This document shows positions 49,303 to 62,299 of a stretch of DNA of 64,000 nt, piece by piece (the stretch's first letter is position 1; the number at the start of each line of letters is the position of its first letter). The DNA is from Mobula hypostoma. Lineage: Eukaryota. Under the pieces are notes generated by a model that did not search any database, was not told the origin of the DNA, and saw only the letters and a list, made by a program, of their open reading frames with translations. A program made the translations under genes and the position numbers. The DNA lies in assembly GCF_963921235.1 (NCBI RefSeq), contig NC_086097.1, positions 12,648,001 to 12,712,000 on the forward strand, read 5' to 3'.

Positions 49303-52300
49303 CACCCTAATGTAATTATTTATTGTGTTCAGTTAAACTACAGACCCTGTGCCTTTCAAATGTGGGAGGCAATTGGAGTGCCTGGAAGAAACCTATGCAT
49401 TCATATAGGGAACATGGAATTTCCACACATATTGTTGAAGGTCGAAATTGAACATGACTCATGGGTACACCCCATGAAAGGTGCTGGAAAGAAAAGCATG
49501 TTGTCAAATGTCGGATTCAGAATCAGATTTAATATAAATACCATATGTTGTGAAGTTTGTTATTTTGAAGCAGCAGTACATTGCAATATATAATAGTAGT
49601 AAACTATCAACTATAATAAGAACTATATATTGGGAAACAATTAATCAAATAAGTAATGCAAAAAGAGCAAAAATAAGAAAAAAAAACTGAGGTAGTGTAT
49701 ATGGTAGTGTTCATTGTCCATTCAGAAAACTGATGGTGGAGGAAAAAATTTCAATGCACTGATCAGTATGAACAGTAATACTAGATAAGCTTTTCATTAT
49801 TCCTCGGTACAAGTGACAATAACAAACTAATTCCAGTTCTTTACTGAGAATCTATCATCTGTTTTCACGCAAAATTACCAGAAGTTCTGGTTCTCACTTC
49901 TGGTTCCCGATCTACTATATTTTGCTTTTGTGTGCTTTGGGAGCTTTTTGCCATTACTTCACCTAGCCTAACGAAAATAACAATACATATGGCTCAATGA
50001 ATTACATAGGACTGCTGAGGATCAAAGGTGCAAAAACAGGCCAGTTTTTGTATATAAATCTCTGTACCCTTTCACCCTATCTGCTTCACCAGGCTCCCAT
50101 AAAAGTGTCTTTAGCATTAACATTATCTACCCTGGCAGAGCAAGATCTTCATTTGGACCACTCTGGGTAAAGAAGGTTCTTCTTAGTTCCTGATGAGATT
50201 TCTTCCCGCTTCAGGAACTTTACATAGTGATAGTTTCCAGTTACACAGTTCACCATCAATGGAAATACTCACTTCAGATCCATTCTTACAAACCTTCAGC
50301 ATCTCCATCATCATTATTATGTGTCATGAAGTATGATGTGGGCAGTCATGGTCTTCCATCTGTCTTCCATCTAATCTTAGAATTTCTAATAAGCTCTTCA
50401 AAACTGGTGAATGGTCTTGGCCTGAAACGTCAACTCTTTATTTTTTTCCCATAGATGCTGCATGGCCTGCTGATTTCCTCCAGCACTGTGTGTGTGTTAC
50501 TCTTCAAAACCTGCCTGTCCATCATCTTAAAGCCCTTAAATAGCTAATCAAAGTCCAAACTACATTAATTATCAAATATGTATGCCTAAAACAACCCTGA
50601 GATTCATCCACAGCCACAAAACAGGAAATTATGGAACTCAATCAAAAAAAAAATCAAAACCCCAACATTGCAAAGAAGAAATTGCACAAATGCAACAAAA
50701 AATGAGCAAGAAACACAGAATAAATAACATCAACCTGCAAGTCATCAAAGCAGTCCAGCAATATTCAGTTCAGCTCAGTCCATTTCAATCCAATGCCACA
50801 TTGTTCTACCTATAGAGAGAACTACACTGGGGTCAATAGTTGGATAACTGCTTTGACAGAGGACGGTGGCCCTAAAGATGTCCTGCTGTCTTAAATGAAG
50901 TGCAGAGAAGCAGCAATGTTCCCTCATAACAGCATTTTAGTTTCTTATTTCCAACATTGCTTTTCATGCCTATTAACCAATGGCGTTCTGTCACTTGGAT
51001 GGACTTTCAAACTGTTTGGACTGAGCAATGGTTGCATGAAGCTGAAGTGAATCAGACCAAACAACTGTGTGCCAAAACCAGATTGACTCCCATAATGCGG
51101 AGCAATTCTGTCATTTATGTAGATAACTAGCACACTTGGGCTAACCCCTGATTACATCCCGCAAATTATTCTTGCAGAACAATATTTAAGGACTTACTAA
51201 GGAATTGTGACAGAGGTTTATTGCTGCTCATTGGTTACTTCTGAAACTATTGATTAAGTAAAGTTAAGCATGCAATATGTGGTTTCTGTGATAATTTGGG
51301 ATTATTTCATATTGGTACAGTAAAACAAAAAAATCCATAATATCATTAAGACTGACCAACATTTAAAGCCACATGGTTGATTTCATTGCCCAGAATGTGA
51401 TTGGGCTTCTTTTAGGATGGGGAATTCTAACACTGCTGGTGGTTTTCAATCTAGAATTCAAAACAGTTATTTAAGTTTTGAGGTAGGACTTCGCAGAGAA
51501 GCAGCTCAACTGCTACTGTACTCTGTGGTCATGGAAACACAAAATTTAATGACGCAAAATGAAACAATTTGTTCCATCATGTCCATGTGCAATGTTCCCT
51601 CTATTTTTCTTTTACAGCTGCATGGACCAACCATTGCTCTGAGCAGGAAATGTTTACATGACCCGAAAACTGTGTAGCATTTTACATGTTTGATGTTCAT
51701 AGTACAAAAAAAACACAAAACTACAGCTCACAACCTAAGTAAAAGATGTCAGGCAATCAAAACAACTGCCAGGCACAATGGCAAAAGTAAAATGTTTTGA
51801 CTAGATGGCATTGGCATTCAGTGGGCTGGTGATTTATTAACAATGAGTTACCGACTTCCATTCTGTGTTTATTGTTACAATTTGATACAGAGTTGTAACT
51901 TGAAACATTGGCAACGTAAGTTACAGTGTTGTTCACAAATACATTAATATAGATTTCAAAATTAGATTACCATATTTTCAAAACTATATTTACATTATAC
52001 AGTTAAAAATTCAGTTCATTTAAGTTACTGCATGGCCACACACCCATGTGGTTTAGAGTGAACAGTGTCCATCTGAATCAATGAATTAGGGCAGGAGTGT
52101 GGTAGGTTGGAGAGATGTCTATAAAATTACTATAAAAGGTGTTGGAGAGAAACATTGATATGGATTAAATGATCTGTTGCCTCAAGTCTTATCTCTGCAG
52201 GTCTTCAAGTGGTGAATTCATTCTGGATCTTGCAGGAGACAGCTGGGCCAAGTCGATAAGTACGCCTGAGCAAGCCTACTGCCAAATCCTGGCAGCATTT

Positions 52301-52742
52301 CAGTTACTTTGAATAAACTTAAGGTGGGTAAGAAGTATGTTTCACTCTGTTTTGTCCTGAGGGTGAAATGATATAAGAAAATGATCAATTTTACAATAAC
52401 AGAATCTTTTCTGAGCGCCTGTGGATTTCAACTCTTTAGGACAATATTCTGCATCATGTGCTCAGAAGGTAAAGTTAATTTTCCTCACCAATGTAATTAT
52501 TAGGAACAACTTGATTTTCTTACATACAAGCTTTCATTTTTGTTGAAATAAGAACTAGGGTAAACAGTTTACATAAGAACATAAGAAATCACAGCAGAAG
52601 GTCAGAGGGCCTTTCGAGCCTGCTCCACGATTCAATAAGACCACGGTTGAATTGACCATAGACTCAGCTCCACCTACCTACCTTTTCCCCATACCTTTAA
52701 TTCCCATGCTAGGCAAAAATCTATCTGTGTCTCAAACATACA

Positions 52743-52782
52743 CTCAGTGGCCACTTTAATAGATATACCAGTACACCTGCTT
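52743..52782 (+). mobile_element. Isolated Tc1-like TIR
   Basis: CTCAGTGGCCACTTTAATAGATATACC matches reverse of 28575-28614. Confidence 0.55.
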
Positions 52783-53644
52783 GTGATGGTATTGGGTTTG
52801 CTTACCGCAAAGTTTTAAACTCAAGCAAAGACCTTAAACCCCGTTGGAAGTAAATAGTCATGAATACTTTCACTAAAGGGAGATTATACCCAAGCTTCAA
52901 AGACTAGTTCACTTCCCTGTTTATTCACCACAGTGAGTTTAGTTGCAAATACCCACCACTTGAGCAGTGGGTACCCACCCCCACAAAGGAGAAGATAATT
53001 CAGCTAACAAAGTAGTTGAAACACAGTTCATTTATTTTCAGTGATACACATTTAAATCCAAACAACACTCTTAAAACACATTTAAATCTCCCAGAGGAAT
53101 TCGATCTAAAACACTTCCAAATTACAAACAATTTCTAAAACACAAAACATTTCCACCACAGGTACAATTCCTACAAAGTGAAACGATATACCAGCGATGC
53201 AGACAAACGAATCGTCTGTTGTAGAGATTGAAGCCAGAGGAATGAATGCTAGATCACCCCATGTTTCTTCCATTTTTTTTGATGTTCTTTTACCCCATTC
53301 CAATTAAACATGAAATTCTGTTCTCATTTCCTTTCTCTTTGACTTGGGTGGCTTCACATGTATGTGATATTTCCCCAGATATCCCTTTTATACAGTCAGA
53401 AAGCTTCTTGAAGACAAAAACCTCTGCTACTGTTGTAAAGCTAACTTCTGAGCACATGACCTTTCCAACCATAAACACATCAGTTATTTGACATGTTAAG
53501 TGACATTATCCATCTGGTCTACAAGCTTCTTTGAATTAAGCAATTTAGTCAGCACTGTCTGTTTTGAAACAAGCCAAATAAATAACCTATTGTCTTATAC
53601 AGCATCTCTCAAGCAGCAATAAACCAGGTACAGTTACTTTATTG

Positions 53645-53907
53645 ATCCGGCTGGTGGCGTAGTGGCATCAGCATCGGACTTCGGGACAAAAGGTCCCAGG
53701 TTCGAATCCAGCCAGCCGGCTCCCAGCACGCTTTCCATCCGTGCTGGGTTACAAGCTGGTGATCTCTTTGGAAATTCACCCGGCAGCAGGCAATGACAAA
53801 CCACTGCTGTAACTTGCCTCGTACGCAATTCCCCACTACGTCAGAGAGGCATGGAGGGAAATGATCTGCTAACCGGAGAAACTCCGGATGCGATGTACCT
53901 ACCTATC
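53645..53907 (+). mobile_element. Full-length tRNA-derived SINE with RTE-like core
   Basis: A box 53655-53665, B box GGTTCGAATCC 53699-53709, (TACC)n tail, TSD TACAGTTA(C/T)TTT. Confidence 0.75.
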
Positions 53908-56678
53908 TACAGTTATTTTCTACGGACAGAGTACCTGCTACATGCAGAGTTTATTTGCAAAGCTTCTCTACTGTCTGTACTTTAGACAAAAATCTCCTAC
54001 AGTACCCATAATGACCACATACTTCATCTTTACCCTTCACCTTTACCTTTATGCTGCTTCACCTTTACTCTTCAAGGAGAGGTCTGATACAACTTCTTAT
54101 TAATATATGATGTATTCAATTTGCAGCATTAATTAAATGCTTCATGTGAGTAAGAATTAACATGTTAACATGTTTCAACAGGGTAGAAATGCACGTTACA
54201 TCCTTAGTAAAGAATTAAGCCTTTGATCCCTAATAATAAATGTATGTACTTCTATCAGTCACTGGTTAATATTCTACTCCACTGTAGAAAATAGACTCGA
54301 AATACGTAGTTGCGTTTTACAAGTGAACAATGCACTCATGTATTTCACACTAAAAAAAAACAAACATTAATCTCTTTGCTTTGATTTCAAACAGTTTATT
54401 TTTAGAAGGTGCTTACATTATTAAACTTCACCCCCGCCCCCCTCCAAAGTGTTAGGAGGAAAAATTTGAAACCAGGTCAGGCTGATCAGAAGTTTGCATT
54501 CAATCCAGGCAGGCAGGATGGCTGTGTACCCAGGTTCCAGCTCAAGATATATTGAATAGAATAGAATAAAATAGATCTTCATTGTCTTTGCTCAAGAGAA
54601 TGAGATTGTGGTGATTTTACATTCCGTGTAAAATATATATTCACCATGCATACATAATTATAAATTATAAGAAAATATTAATTATAAATTGAAGGATTCT
54701 TTGATCATCTATAGAGGCTTCCTAACATGTACAATGAGGACTTGTATCTGGCTTTGCCAGAACCCAATGTGTAGAAGATCTGTGGCCATAGGTAGTGCTA
54801 AAATCTGAAACACAACTCACCCCTCCTTCAACCATGTGTTTTAAAATGAACCAAGTTGTTTAGAGCTCACCGGAACTCCCCAAATCAGCTTCTCAGCTTG
54901 CAGCTTCATGAATATCTCAGAATGACAACAAGCCTAAAGCCTTGGTTGCATCTTGAGTCTCTTTGCTATTGTTTGGATCCTTCCAATTTCTTGAATGAAG
55001 CATAACTAATGGAAAGACGAAAGGAAGATAACTAGACATTGTCCATTGTGCTGCAATGCAAATGGACCACTTTTCACTTTTGTTAATCCCTGGCAATTGA
55101 CAATGCATACATATAGACATTGAAACCTCAAACAAAGACAATATGAAGTAAAATATATATTAAATATATCTTGTATTATAAATGCAAGAGATTCTACAGA
55201 TGCTGGAAATCCAGAATCACACACAAAAAGTGCTAAAGGAATTCAGCAGGTGAGGCAGCATGAATGGAGAGGAATAGTCGACTTTTTGGGTGAGGCACTT
55301 CATCATGTTGTATTCCATCATTGTGGAAATAGAAATAGAAAACGCTCAAGAAGAGAATGGAAGAACTACTTTGAGAACAATTGTTTATTGATTTAATACT
55401 TAAAACATAGCCATATCATTCAGAAGCATAAAATCATTAAGGTAAAATATAAATTATAGTCAATGTACATTTAGCTATTCCTATCTTTCCTAATAGCGTA
55501 GAATGCCATTCGATCCATTGAGTCTGTGCCAGTTCTCGAAGCAGAGTATCAATCCCAGTATTCCTCTTAATTCCTTGCGACTTAGTCTCTCTCATGAGCC
55601 CATCAATTCCACCCTGATTTTCCCACCACACATAACTAATTAACTTAACGTCCTGCATATCTTTCGAGTGTGGGAGAAAAACCAGATCACCCAGATGAAA
55701 CCCAGGTGGTCACATGGAAAATGTGCAAATTCCACACAGGCAGTATCAATGGTCAGGATGAGAGTTGCTTGAGCTGGAAGGCAAACATACTACTGACTGC
55801 ATCAGTATATTCTCAATTACTGAAACCCTTAAATACCCAACTATTTCAGTAACTGGAGTCTTAAAGGAGAGTTTCCATGCAATGCAGAGTAATAGTCATA
55901 AAGCACTGCACCACAGATCAGACCCTTTGGCCAATCTAATCCATGCTGAATTATTATTCTGCCTAGTCCCATCGATGCACACTCGGACCACAGCCCTCCA
56001 TAACCCTCCATCCATATATGTATCCAAATTTCTGTGAAAGTAAAAGAATTGAAAGATGGGTGGAGATAAAAGATTAATGCTTACTGTTCTGTAGAACTCT
56101 GCTGGTAGTCAAATCTCTTCTCTCCAAAATCTCCTGTAGTGAAGCAGAATAATTTTTTGGGTTAAAAATTGAAAGCTGGCATAACACTGATGAGATTAAT
56201 TTGGTGTTGCAGTCTTCCAAATGGTTCCCCATCCCATTTACTACATTCAGAGCCACAACAAAACATTTCCATGAAATGGAGCTGAACATCTCAGAGAGAA
56301 ATTTGACAACCACGCTGGGTTCTTTTTCCCTACTAGTGCCTGTGATTTTCAGAAAGCAGAGCATATTTTTAAAAGATCATTCTTAAAGCAGGCAGCTTGC
56401 CTTAGGAGTCAAATCCCCCATGGTAGCTGTTCAGGCAATTAAATAGTCAAATAAATTGATTAGGTTTCTGCTATTTCTTTATTAGTAGAGTATAAGTCAA
56501 CATAATTAAAGACTCCATCCACCTCGGATATTCTCTTTTCTCCTTCTTCCCATCAGACAGGAGATTTAAAAGCCCGAAAGCATGTACTACCAGGCTAAAG
56601 GACAACTTCTATAACATTTCAATAAAACTATTGAATGGTACCGTTTTACAATGGGATGGACTCTTGACCTTGCAGTCA

Positions 56679-57020
56679 TAAACACAAAATAATCTGCAGA
56701 TGCTGGGGTCAAAGCAACACTCACAACACGCTGGAGGAACTCAGCAGGTCAGGCAACATCCGTGGAAAAGATTGGTCGAAGTTTCTGGCCGGAACCCTTC
56801 GTCAGGACTGTAGAGAGAAGGGACAGAGGCCCTATAAAGAAGGTTGGGGGAGGGTGGGAAGGAGAAGGCTGGTAGGTTCCAGGTGAAAAACCTACCAACC
56901 TTCTCCTTCCCACCTTCCCCCCACCTTCTTTATAGGGTCTCTGCCCTTCCCTCTACAGTCCTGACGAAGGGTTCCAGCCCGAAACGTCGACCGATCTTTT
57001 CCACGGATGCTGCCTGACCT
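56679..57020. mobile_element. Compact inverted Penelope pseudo-LTR pair inside a Rex1-type 3' end
   Basis: ~56745-56885 and ~56890-57020 are reverse complements; 14-bp direct repeat TGACCTTGCAGTCA at 56665-56678 and 57015-57028. Confidence 0.8.
56956..56993 (+). ncRNA. Minimal type I hammerhead ribozyme motif (intact core)
   Basis: cAGTC-CTGACGA(56961-56967)-A-GGGT tcca GCCC-GAAAC-GTC(56986-56988)-GACcg. Confidence 0.75.
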
Positions 57021-57427
57021 TGCAGTCAACTTTGTTATGGAATCACACGTATGGTTTGCATGCACTGCATTTTCTGTAACTGCAACACCATGTTCTGCAT
57101 TCTGTTATTGCTTTTCGCTTGTACTTTCATAAGGTATTATGTGATGAAATAGATCTGTATGGCATGCAAAACAAAACTCTTCACTATAGCTCAGTGATAA
57201 TAATAAACCAATTTATCATTGCAATGAATTCAAAGAAGCAAAAAGAGCCCTATGTAATGCATATGGAACTGTGTGGCATCACAACTAGGAACTGGGCAAT
57301 GAACTTCAGATGGCTAAACGACCTCATTTATTGGCAAGCACTGATAATCTATTGGGAAATGATATGAAGTTATTCGAAGTATTAGTGCACATGGGAAATG
57401 GGGTCTTCTAATGCACTAGATCTACAG

Positions 57428-57505
57428 CAGGGGGCCCCAATCTAGTGTCCGTGGACCCCTCAGTTAATGACAGGGGAACATGACATAAAATTTTGGGAAA
57501 CCCTG
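57428..57505. mobile_element. hAT-type MITE (78 bp)
   Basis: CAGGGGGCCCCAA...TTGGGAAACCCTG; 8-bp TSD ATCTACAG/ATCTATGG. Confidence 0.6.
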
Positions 57506-57524
57506 ATCTATGGATATTAACCCA

Positions 57525-58390
57525 TCATAAGAGCAGAATTAGGCCATTTGGCCCATCGAGTCTACTCCAACATTTCATCATGGCTTATCCATTTTCCCTC
57601 TCAGCCGCAATCTCCTTCCTTCTCCCTGTATCCCTTCATGCTCTGACCAATCAAGAATCTATCAATCTCTGCCTTAAATGACTTGGCCTTCATTGTGACA
57701 ATGAATTCCAACAATTCGCCATTCTCTGGCTAAAGAAATTCCCTCCATCTCCATTCCAAATGGACATCCCTCCATTCTGAGGTTGTGCAGTCATTTCCAC
57801 CTGGAAAAAAATTTCTACCTCTGGTCTTAGACTCCCCCACCAAAGGAAGCATCCTTTCCACATCCACACTACTGAGGCCTTTCAACATTCAATAGGTTTC
57901 AATGAGGTCCCCTCTCATTCAACTGAATTCCAGTGAGTGGAGGCCCAGACCCATGAAACACTCTTCAAAGGACAGGTCTTTCAATCACAGAATCAATTTC
58001 GTGAGCCTCCTTTGAAACTTTTCCAATGTCAACATATTCTTTTTTAGATAAAGGACCAAAAAGTGCTCAGAATACACCAAATGAGGCCTCTCCACTGTTT
58101 TATAAAGCCTCAACATTACATCCTTGCTTTTATATTCTAGTCCTCTGGAAGTGAATGCTAACATCACATTTGCCTTCCCCACAACCAACTCAACCTGCAT
58201 ATGAACTTTTAGGGAATCCTACGAGGACTCCCAAGTCCCTTTGCACCTCAGAATTTTGAATTTTTTCTCCATTTAGAAAATAGTCTGTGCTTTTGTTTTT
58301 ACCGAAGTGCATGACCATACACTTCCCAACACTGTATTCCATCAACCTCTTCTTTGCCCGTTCTCCTAATCTGTCTAAGTTCTTCTACAG
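57525..58390 (-). mobile_element. CR1 LINE 3' fragment
   Basis: ORF 57985-58200 KANVMLAFTSRGLEYKSKDVMLRLYK; related to 25790-26620. Confidence 0.85.
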
Positions 58391-58799
58391 GAAAGCTTTT
58401 AATGGTGTACATTTTTGCTATTACAATGGCTTAAGCAAAATACCTTTCAAGAGTGGGTAGCAAGCCGGATTATAAACTAGCTGACTGAGAGAAAACAGCT
58501 ATGGGGAGTTACTCAACATTCAGTCCTGGATCATTTCAAAGGTTTGGATACAGGCCAAGAAAAGGTGGTGTTTCATTCTGTAAATGCAGCAAAATGCACT
58601 GTGTAGTTCTTTCAAGAACCAAAGGAATTGACGAAGGGATGAAATGGAGATATGGTTGAGAGAAGGCAGACAGAATATATTCACAGCAAGTGTGAGGCCA
58701 TGTAGTGCGGTGAGAAAAGAATAACATTCTGAATGAAACCGCAGCTAGTTTGGTGGGAGAGCAGAGGAACTTGGAGACCCAGATTAACAGGACATTAAA

Positions 58800-58859
58800 G
58801 TGTATGTATATATGTGTGTGTGTGTGTTTCTGTGTGTCTATATATATATATACACACAT

Positions 58860-58906
<47 letters not shown>
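58800..58906. repeat. (TG)n-(TA)n-(CA)n inverted compound microsatellite
   Basis: Seen directly. Confidence 0.9.
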
Positions 58907-58907
<1 letters not shown>

Positions 58908-58984
58908 CAGGTCAGAAATCAGGATATAGACAATGGATTCCAGTTAATTTGCCTGTTGTTTAATCGAGGCAGCTGCTTGTTTGG

Positions 58985-60070
58985 ATCCAGAACTGGCTTG
59001 CCCACAGAAGGCAAAGAGTGGTTGTAGACGGGTCATATTCTGCATGGAAGCCGGTGACTGGTGGTATGCCTCAGGGATCTGTTCTGGCACCCCTACTCTT
59101 TGTGATTTTTATAAATGACCTGGATGAGGAAGTGGAGGGATGGGTTAGTAAATTTGCTGATGACAGAAAAGTTGAGGGTGTTGTGGATAGTGTGGAGGGC
59201 TGTCAGAGGTTACAACAGGACATCGATAGGATGCAAAATTGGGCTGAGAAGTGGCAGATGGAGTTCAACCCAGATAAGTGTTAGGTGATTCATTTTGGTA
59301 GGTCAAATATGATGGCAGAATATAGTATTAATGGTAAGACTCTTGGCAGTGTGGAGGATCAGAGGGATCTTGGGGTCCGAGTCCACAAGACACTCAAAGC
59401 TGCTACGCAGGTTGACTCTGTGGTTAAGAAGGCACGTGGTACCTTGGTCTTCATCAATCGTGGGACTGAGTTTAGGAGCCAAGAGGTAATGTAGCAGCTA
59501 TATAGGACCCTGGTCAGACCCCACTTGGAGTACTGTGCTCAGTTCTGGTCGCCTCAGTACAAGAAGGACGTGGAAACCATAGAAAGGGTGCGGAGGAGAT
59601 TTACAAGGATGTTGCCTGGATTGGGGAGCATGCCTTATGAGAATAGGTTGAGCGAACCTGGCCTTTTCTCCTTGGAGTGATGGAGGATGAGAGGTGACCT
59701 GATAGAGGTGTACAAGATAATGAGAGGCATTGATCATGTGGATAGTCAGAGGCTTTTCCCCAGGGCTAAAATGGCTGGTACGAGGGGGCGTAGTTTTAAG
59801 TTGCTTGGAAGTAGGTACAGAGGAGATATCAGGGATAAGTTTTTTTACGCAGAGAGTAGTGAGTGCGTGGAATGGGCTGATGGCAGCGGTGGTGGAGACA
59901 GAAACGTTAGGGTCTTTTAAGAGACTCCTGGATGGCTACATGGAGCTTAGGAAAATAGAGGGCTATGGGTAAAATCTAGGTAGTTCTAAGTTAGGGACAT
60001 GTTCAGCACAGCCTTGTGGGCCGAAGAGCCTGTATTGTGCTGTATGTTTTCTATGTTTCTAATTTCTAAC
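58985..60070 (+). pseudogene. CR1 LINE RT and 3' end with premature stops
   Basis: GMPQGSVLAP...SKFADD...RGDLIEVYKIM; (TTTCTATG)n tail. Confidence 0.9.
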
Positions 60071-60249
60071 TAACATCAGTCGTATGCACTAGTGTGGTCA
60101 TTAGACACTACACTGTGTTTAGAGTGAAAACATTTTAAATAGTGTCAGTTGCATGTGTTTTTGTCAAAAAGCGGAGATCTTTTAACAGTGATAGTTGGTG
60201 AAAAATAAGCAATGAGGCAGTTCGGAACTGTTTTGCTCACTGTGTTTTC

Positions 60250-61193
60250 TTCTTTTTGTAATTTATTTTTTATTGAATTTCATCATCAAACAAATATTTC
60301 CATAAGATGTATTTCAGATACTGTACATATATATCATATCATCATATTTGTCACAAATCACCACATAATATTTATCTGAGATATACACTTAGAAAGGAGA
60401 GAAAAGAAAGAACAATCGAAAGAAGAAAACTATGTACAGAGTAGGGAGTGATCTTTTTTTTTGCAACATATTCATTGATTGTGAGAATAAAATCAGGCCT
60501 ATGAGGTGTTATGTAGTTAAACCATTTTTTTCCAGTATGAATAAAATTGTTCCAACTTATGATTAACAGATGCTGTTATCTTCTCCATTTTGTAAATGTC
60601 CATTATAATTTCCATCCATACAATTAAAGTTGGGCTCTCCTGAGATAACCATTTCCTGGTAAGGGTCTTTTTACCAGCCACCAGCAGTACATTCATTAAA
60701 TATTTATCTCTTTTCAACCATGCTTGAGGTATATACCCAAAATATATGGTCTTACTCTCTAAGGATATTTCACATTTAAAGATATCTTGTAGGGCATTAT
60801 GTATCCCACTCCAATAGTCTTTGATAACGGGGCATTCCCAGTAAATATGATAATGGTTTGCATTTAGATTTTCGCAATTTCTCCAGCAAGCAGGGGAGTT
60901 AATAGTATAATGGGATTTCTGAAAGGGTGTAATAAAATGTCTTATCAAGTTTTTCCACCCGAACCCCCTCCATTTCTGTGAACTGGTACACTTCCATTGA
61001 TACCTCCATATTATTGTCCAGTCTTCCTCAGATATTATTATCCCTCCTTCCTTCTCCCATTTTGTTTTAATGTATGAAGTCGAATGTGTTTTAAGATTTG
61101 ACAAACCCTTACACACGCTTGAAATTATTCTACTACCGTTGTCTGAATTATATGCTTTTCTAAATAGCTCTACTTGACATGTACTTGCCTTGG
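60250..61193 (-). mobile_element. 5'-truncated L1/Tx1-clade LINE with perfect 17-bp TSD
   Basis: TSD TTGCTCACTGTGTTTTC at 60233-60249 and 61194-61210; AATAAA plus A-rich tail. Confidence 0.88.
60517..61116 (-). CDS. L1-clade ORF2 C-terminal CCHC zinc-finger fragment
   Basis: CWRNC...HYHIYWECPVIKDYW, 199 aa open; part of a truncated element. Confidence 0.75.
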   Translation of the reverse strand: MCKGLSNLKTHSTSYIKTKWEKEGGIIISEEDWTIIWRYQWKCTSSQKWRGFGWKNLIRHFITPFQKSHYTINSPACWRNCENLNANHYHIYWECPVIKDYWSGIHNALQDIFKCEISLESKTIYFGYIPQAWLKRDKYLMNVLLVAGKKTLTRKWLSQESPTLIVWMEIIMDIYKMEKITASVNHKLEQFYSYWKKMV

Positions 61194-61234
61194 TTGCTCA
61201 CTGTGTTTTCAGGCATTCAGGCTTAGAGATATCA

Positions 61235-62295
61235 GACCACAAGAAAATCTGCAGATGCTGGAAATCTGAAACAACACACACAAAATGCTGGAGGAACTCA
61301 ACAGGCCAGGCAGCATCAATTGAAAAGTGTTTCACGCTGAGACCCTTCATTGGGACTGAAAAGGAAGGGAAGAAGTCAGGGTAAGGAATTTGGGGGGTAG
61401 GAGAAGAAGTAGTACAAGATGGCAGGTGATAGGTGAAAGTGCAAGAGGGGGAGAAGGTGAAATAAAGAGCTAGGAAGTCGATCAGTGGAAGAGATAATTG
61501 GGCTTGAGAAGAGGGAATCTAATAGGACAGGACTGAAGACCATGGAAGAAAGGGAAGGGGACAGAGCACCAGAAAGAGGTGATGGCAGGTAAAGAGGCAA
61601 TTTACTGCAAACACGAGAAACTGATGTTCACACCATCAGGTTGGAGGCCATCCTGACGGAATACAAGGTGTTCTCCTCCAACCTGAGTGTGGCCTCATCC
61701 CAGAGGAGGCCACGGACTGACATGTCAGAATGGTAATGGGAAGTAGAATTGAAATGGTGGCCAGTGAGAAATCCTGCTTTTTGTGGCGGATGGAGTGAAG
61801 GTACTTGACATACAGGAGGCAACGCCACAAGCACCGGATACAGTAAATGACCACCAACAGAATCGCAGGTGAGGTATCGCCTCACTTGAAAGCACTGTTT
61901 GGGGCCCTGAATGGTAGTGAGGGAGGTGGTGGAGGGGGCAGGTGTGGCACTCATTCCACTTGCAAGGGTAAGTATCAGATGGGAGATCAGTTGGGTTGGA
62001 TGAGTGGACAAGGGATTCATGTACGGTGCGATGTCTGTGGAAAGTGGAAAGTGGAAAGTGGGGGATCGGGAAAGGTGTGTTTGGTGGTGGGATCCCGTTG
62101 GAGATGGCATAGGTTGCAAAGAGTTACTGGCTGGATGTGAAGGCTGGTGGGGTGGTTGGTGAGGACATGATAAATCCTGTCCCTGATTTGGTAGCGGTTG
62201 GATGCAGTGAGGGTAGATTTGCACGAAAGAAGAGATGCAGGTGAGCGCAGTGTTGCTGGTGGAGGAAGGGAAGCCCTTTTCTTTGAAGAAGGAAG
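61235..62295 (-). pseudogene. Penelope element 3' half: RT-thumb/linker, GIY-YIG endonuclease remnant and pseudo-LTR
   Basis: SFFKEKGFPSST; TTIQGPKQCFQVRRYLTCDS; VIYCIRC...HSIRHK; HHFNSTSHYHSDMSV...EATLRLEE. Confidence 0.8.
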
Positions 62296-62299
62296 TTTT

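Noticed and set aside
52190..52330. Acceptor CTCTGCAG and donor-like GTGGGT/GTAAG
   Set aside because: All three frames contain stops; a non-coding exon cannot be supported
52782..53600. Possible LTR (TG...CA bounded AT-rich block)
   Set aside because: No TSD or second copy identified
53645..53720. Functional tRNA gene
   Set aside because: Anticodon stem does not pair and the sequence continues into a SINE body with a TSD
58931..61235. Tigger/pogo-like MITE fragmented by the CR1 and L1 insertions
   Set aside because: Based only on recalled TIR-like sequence; second TIR not found
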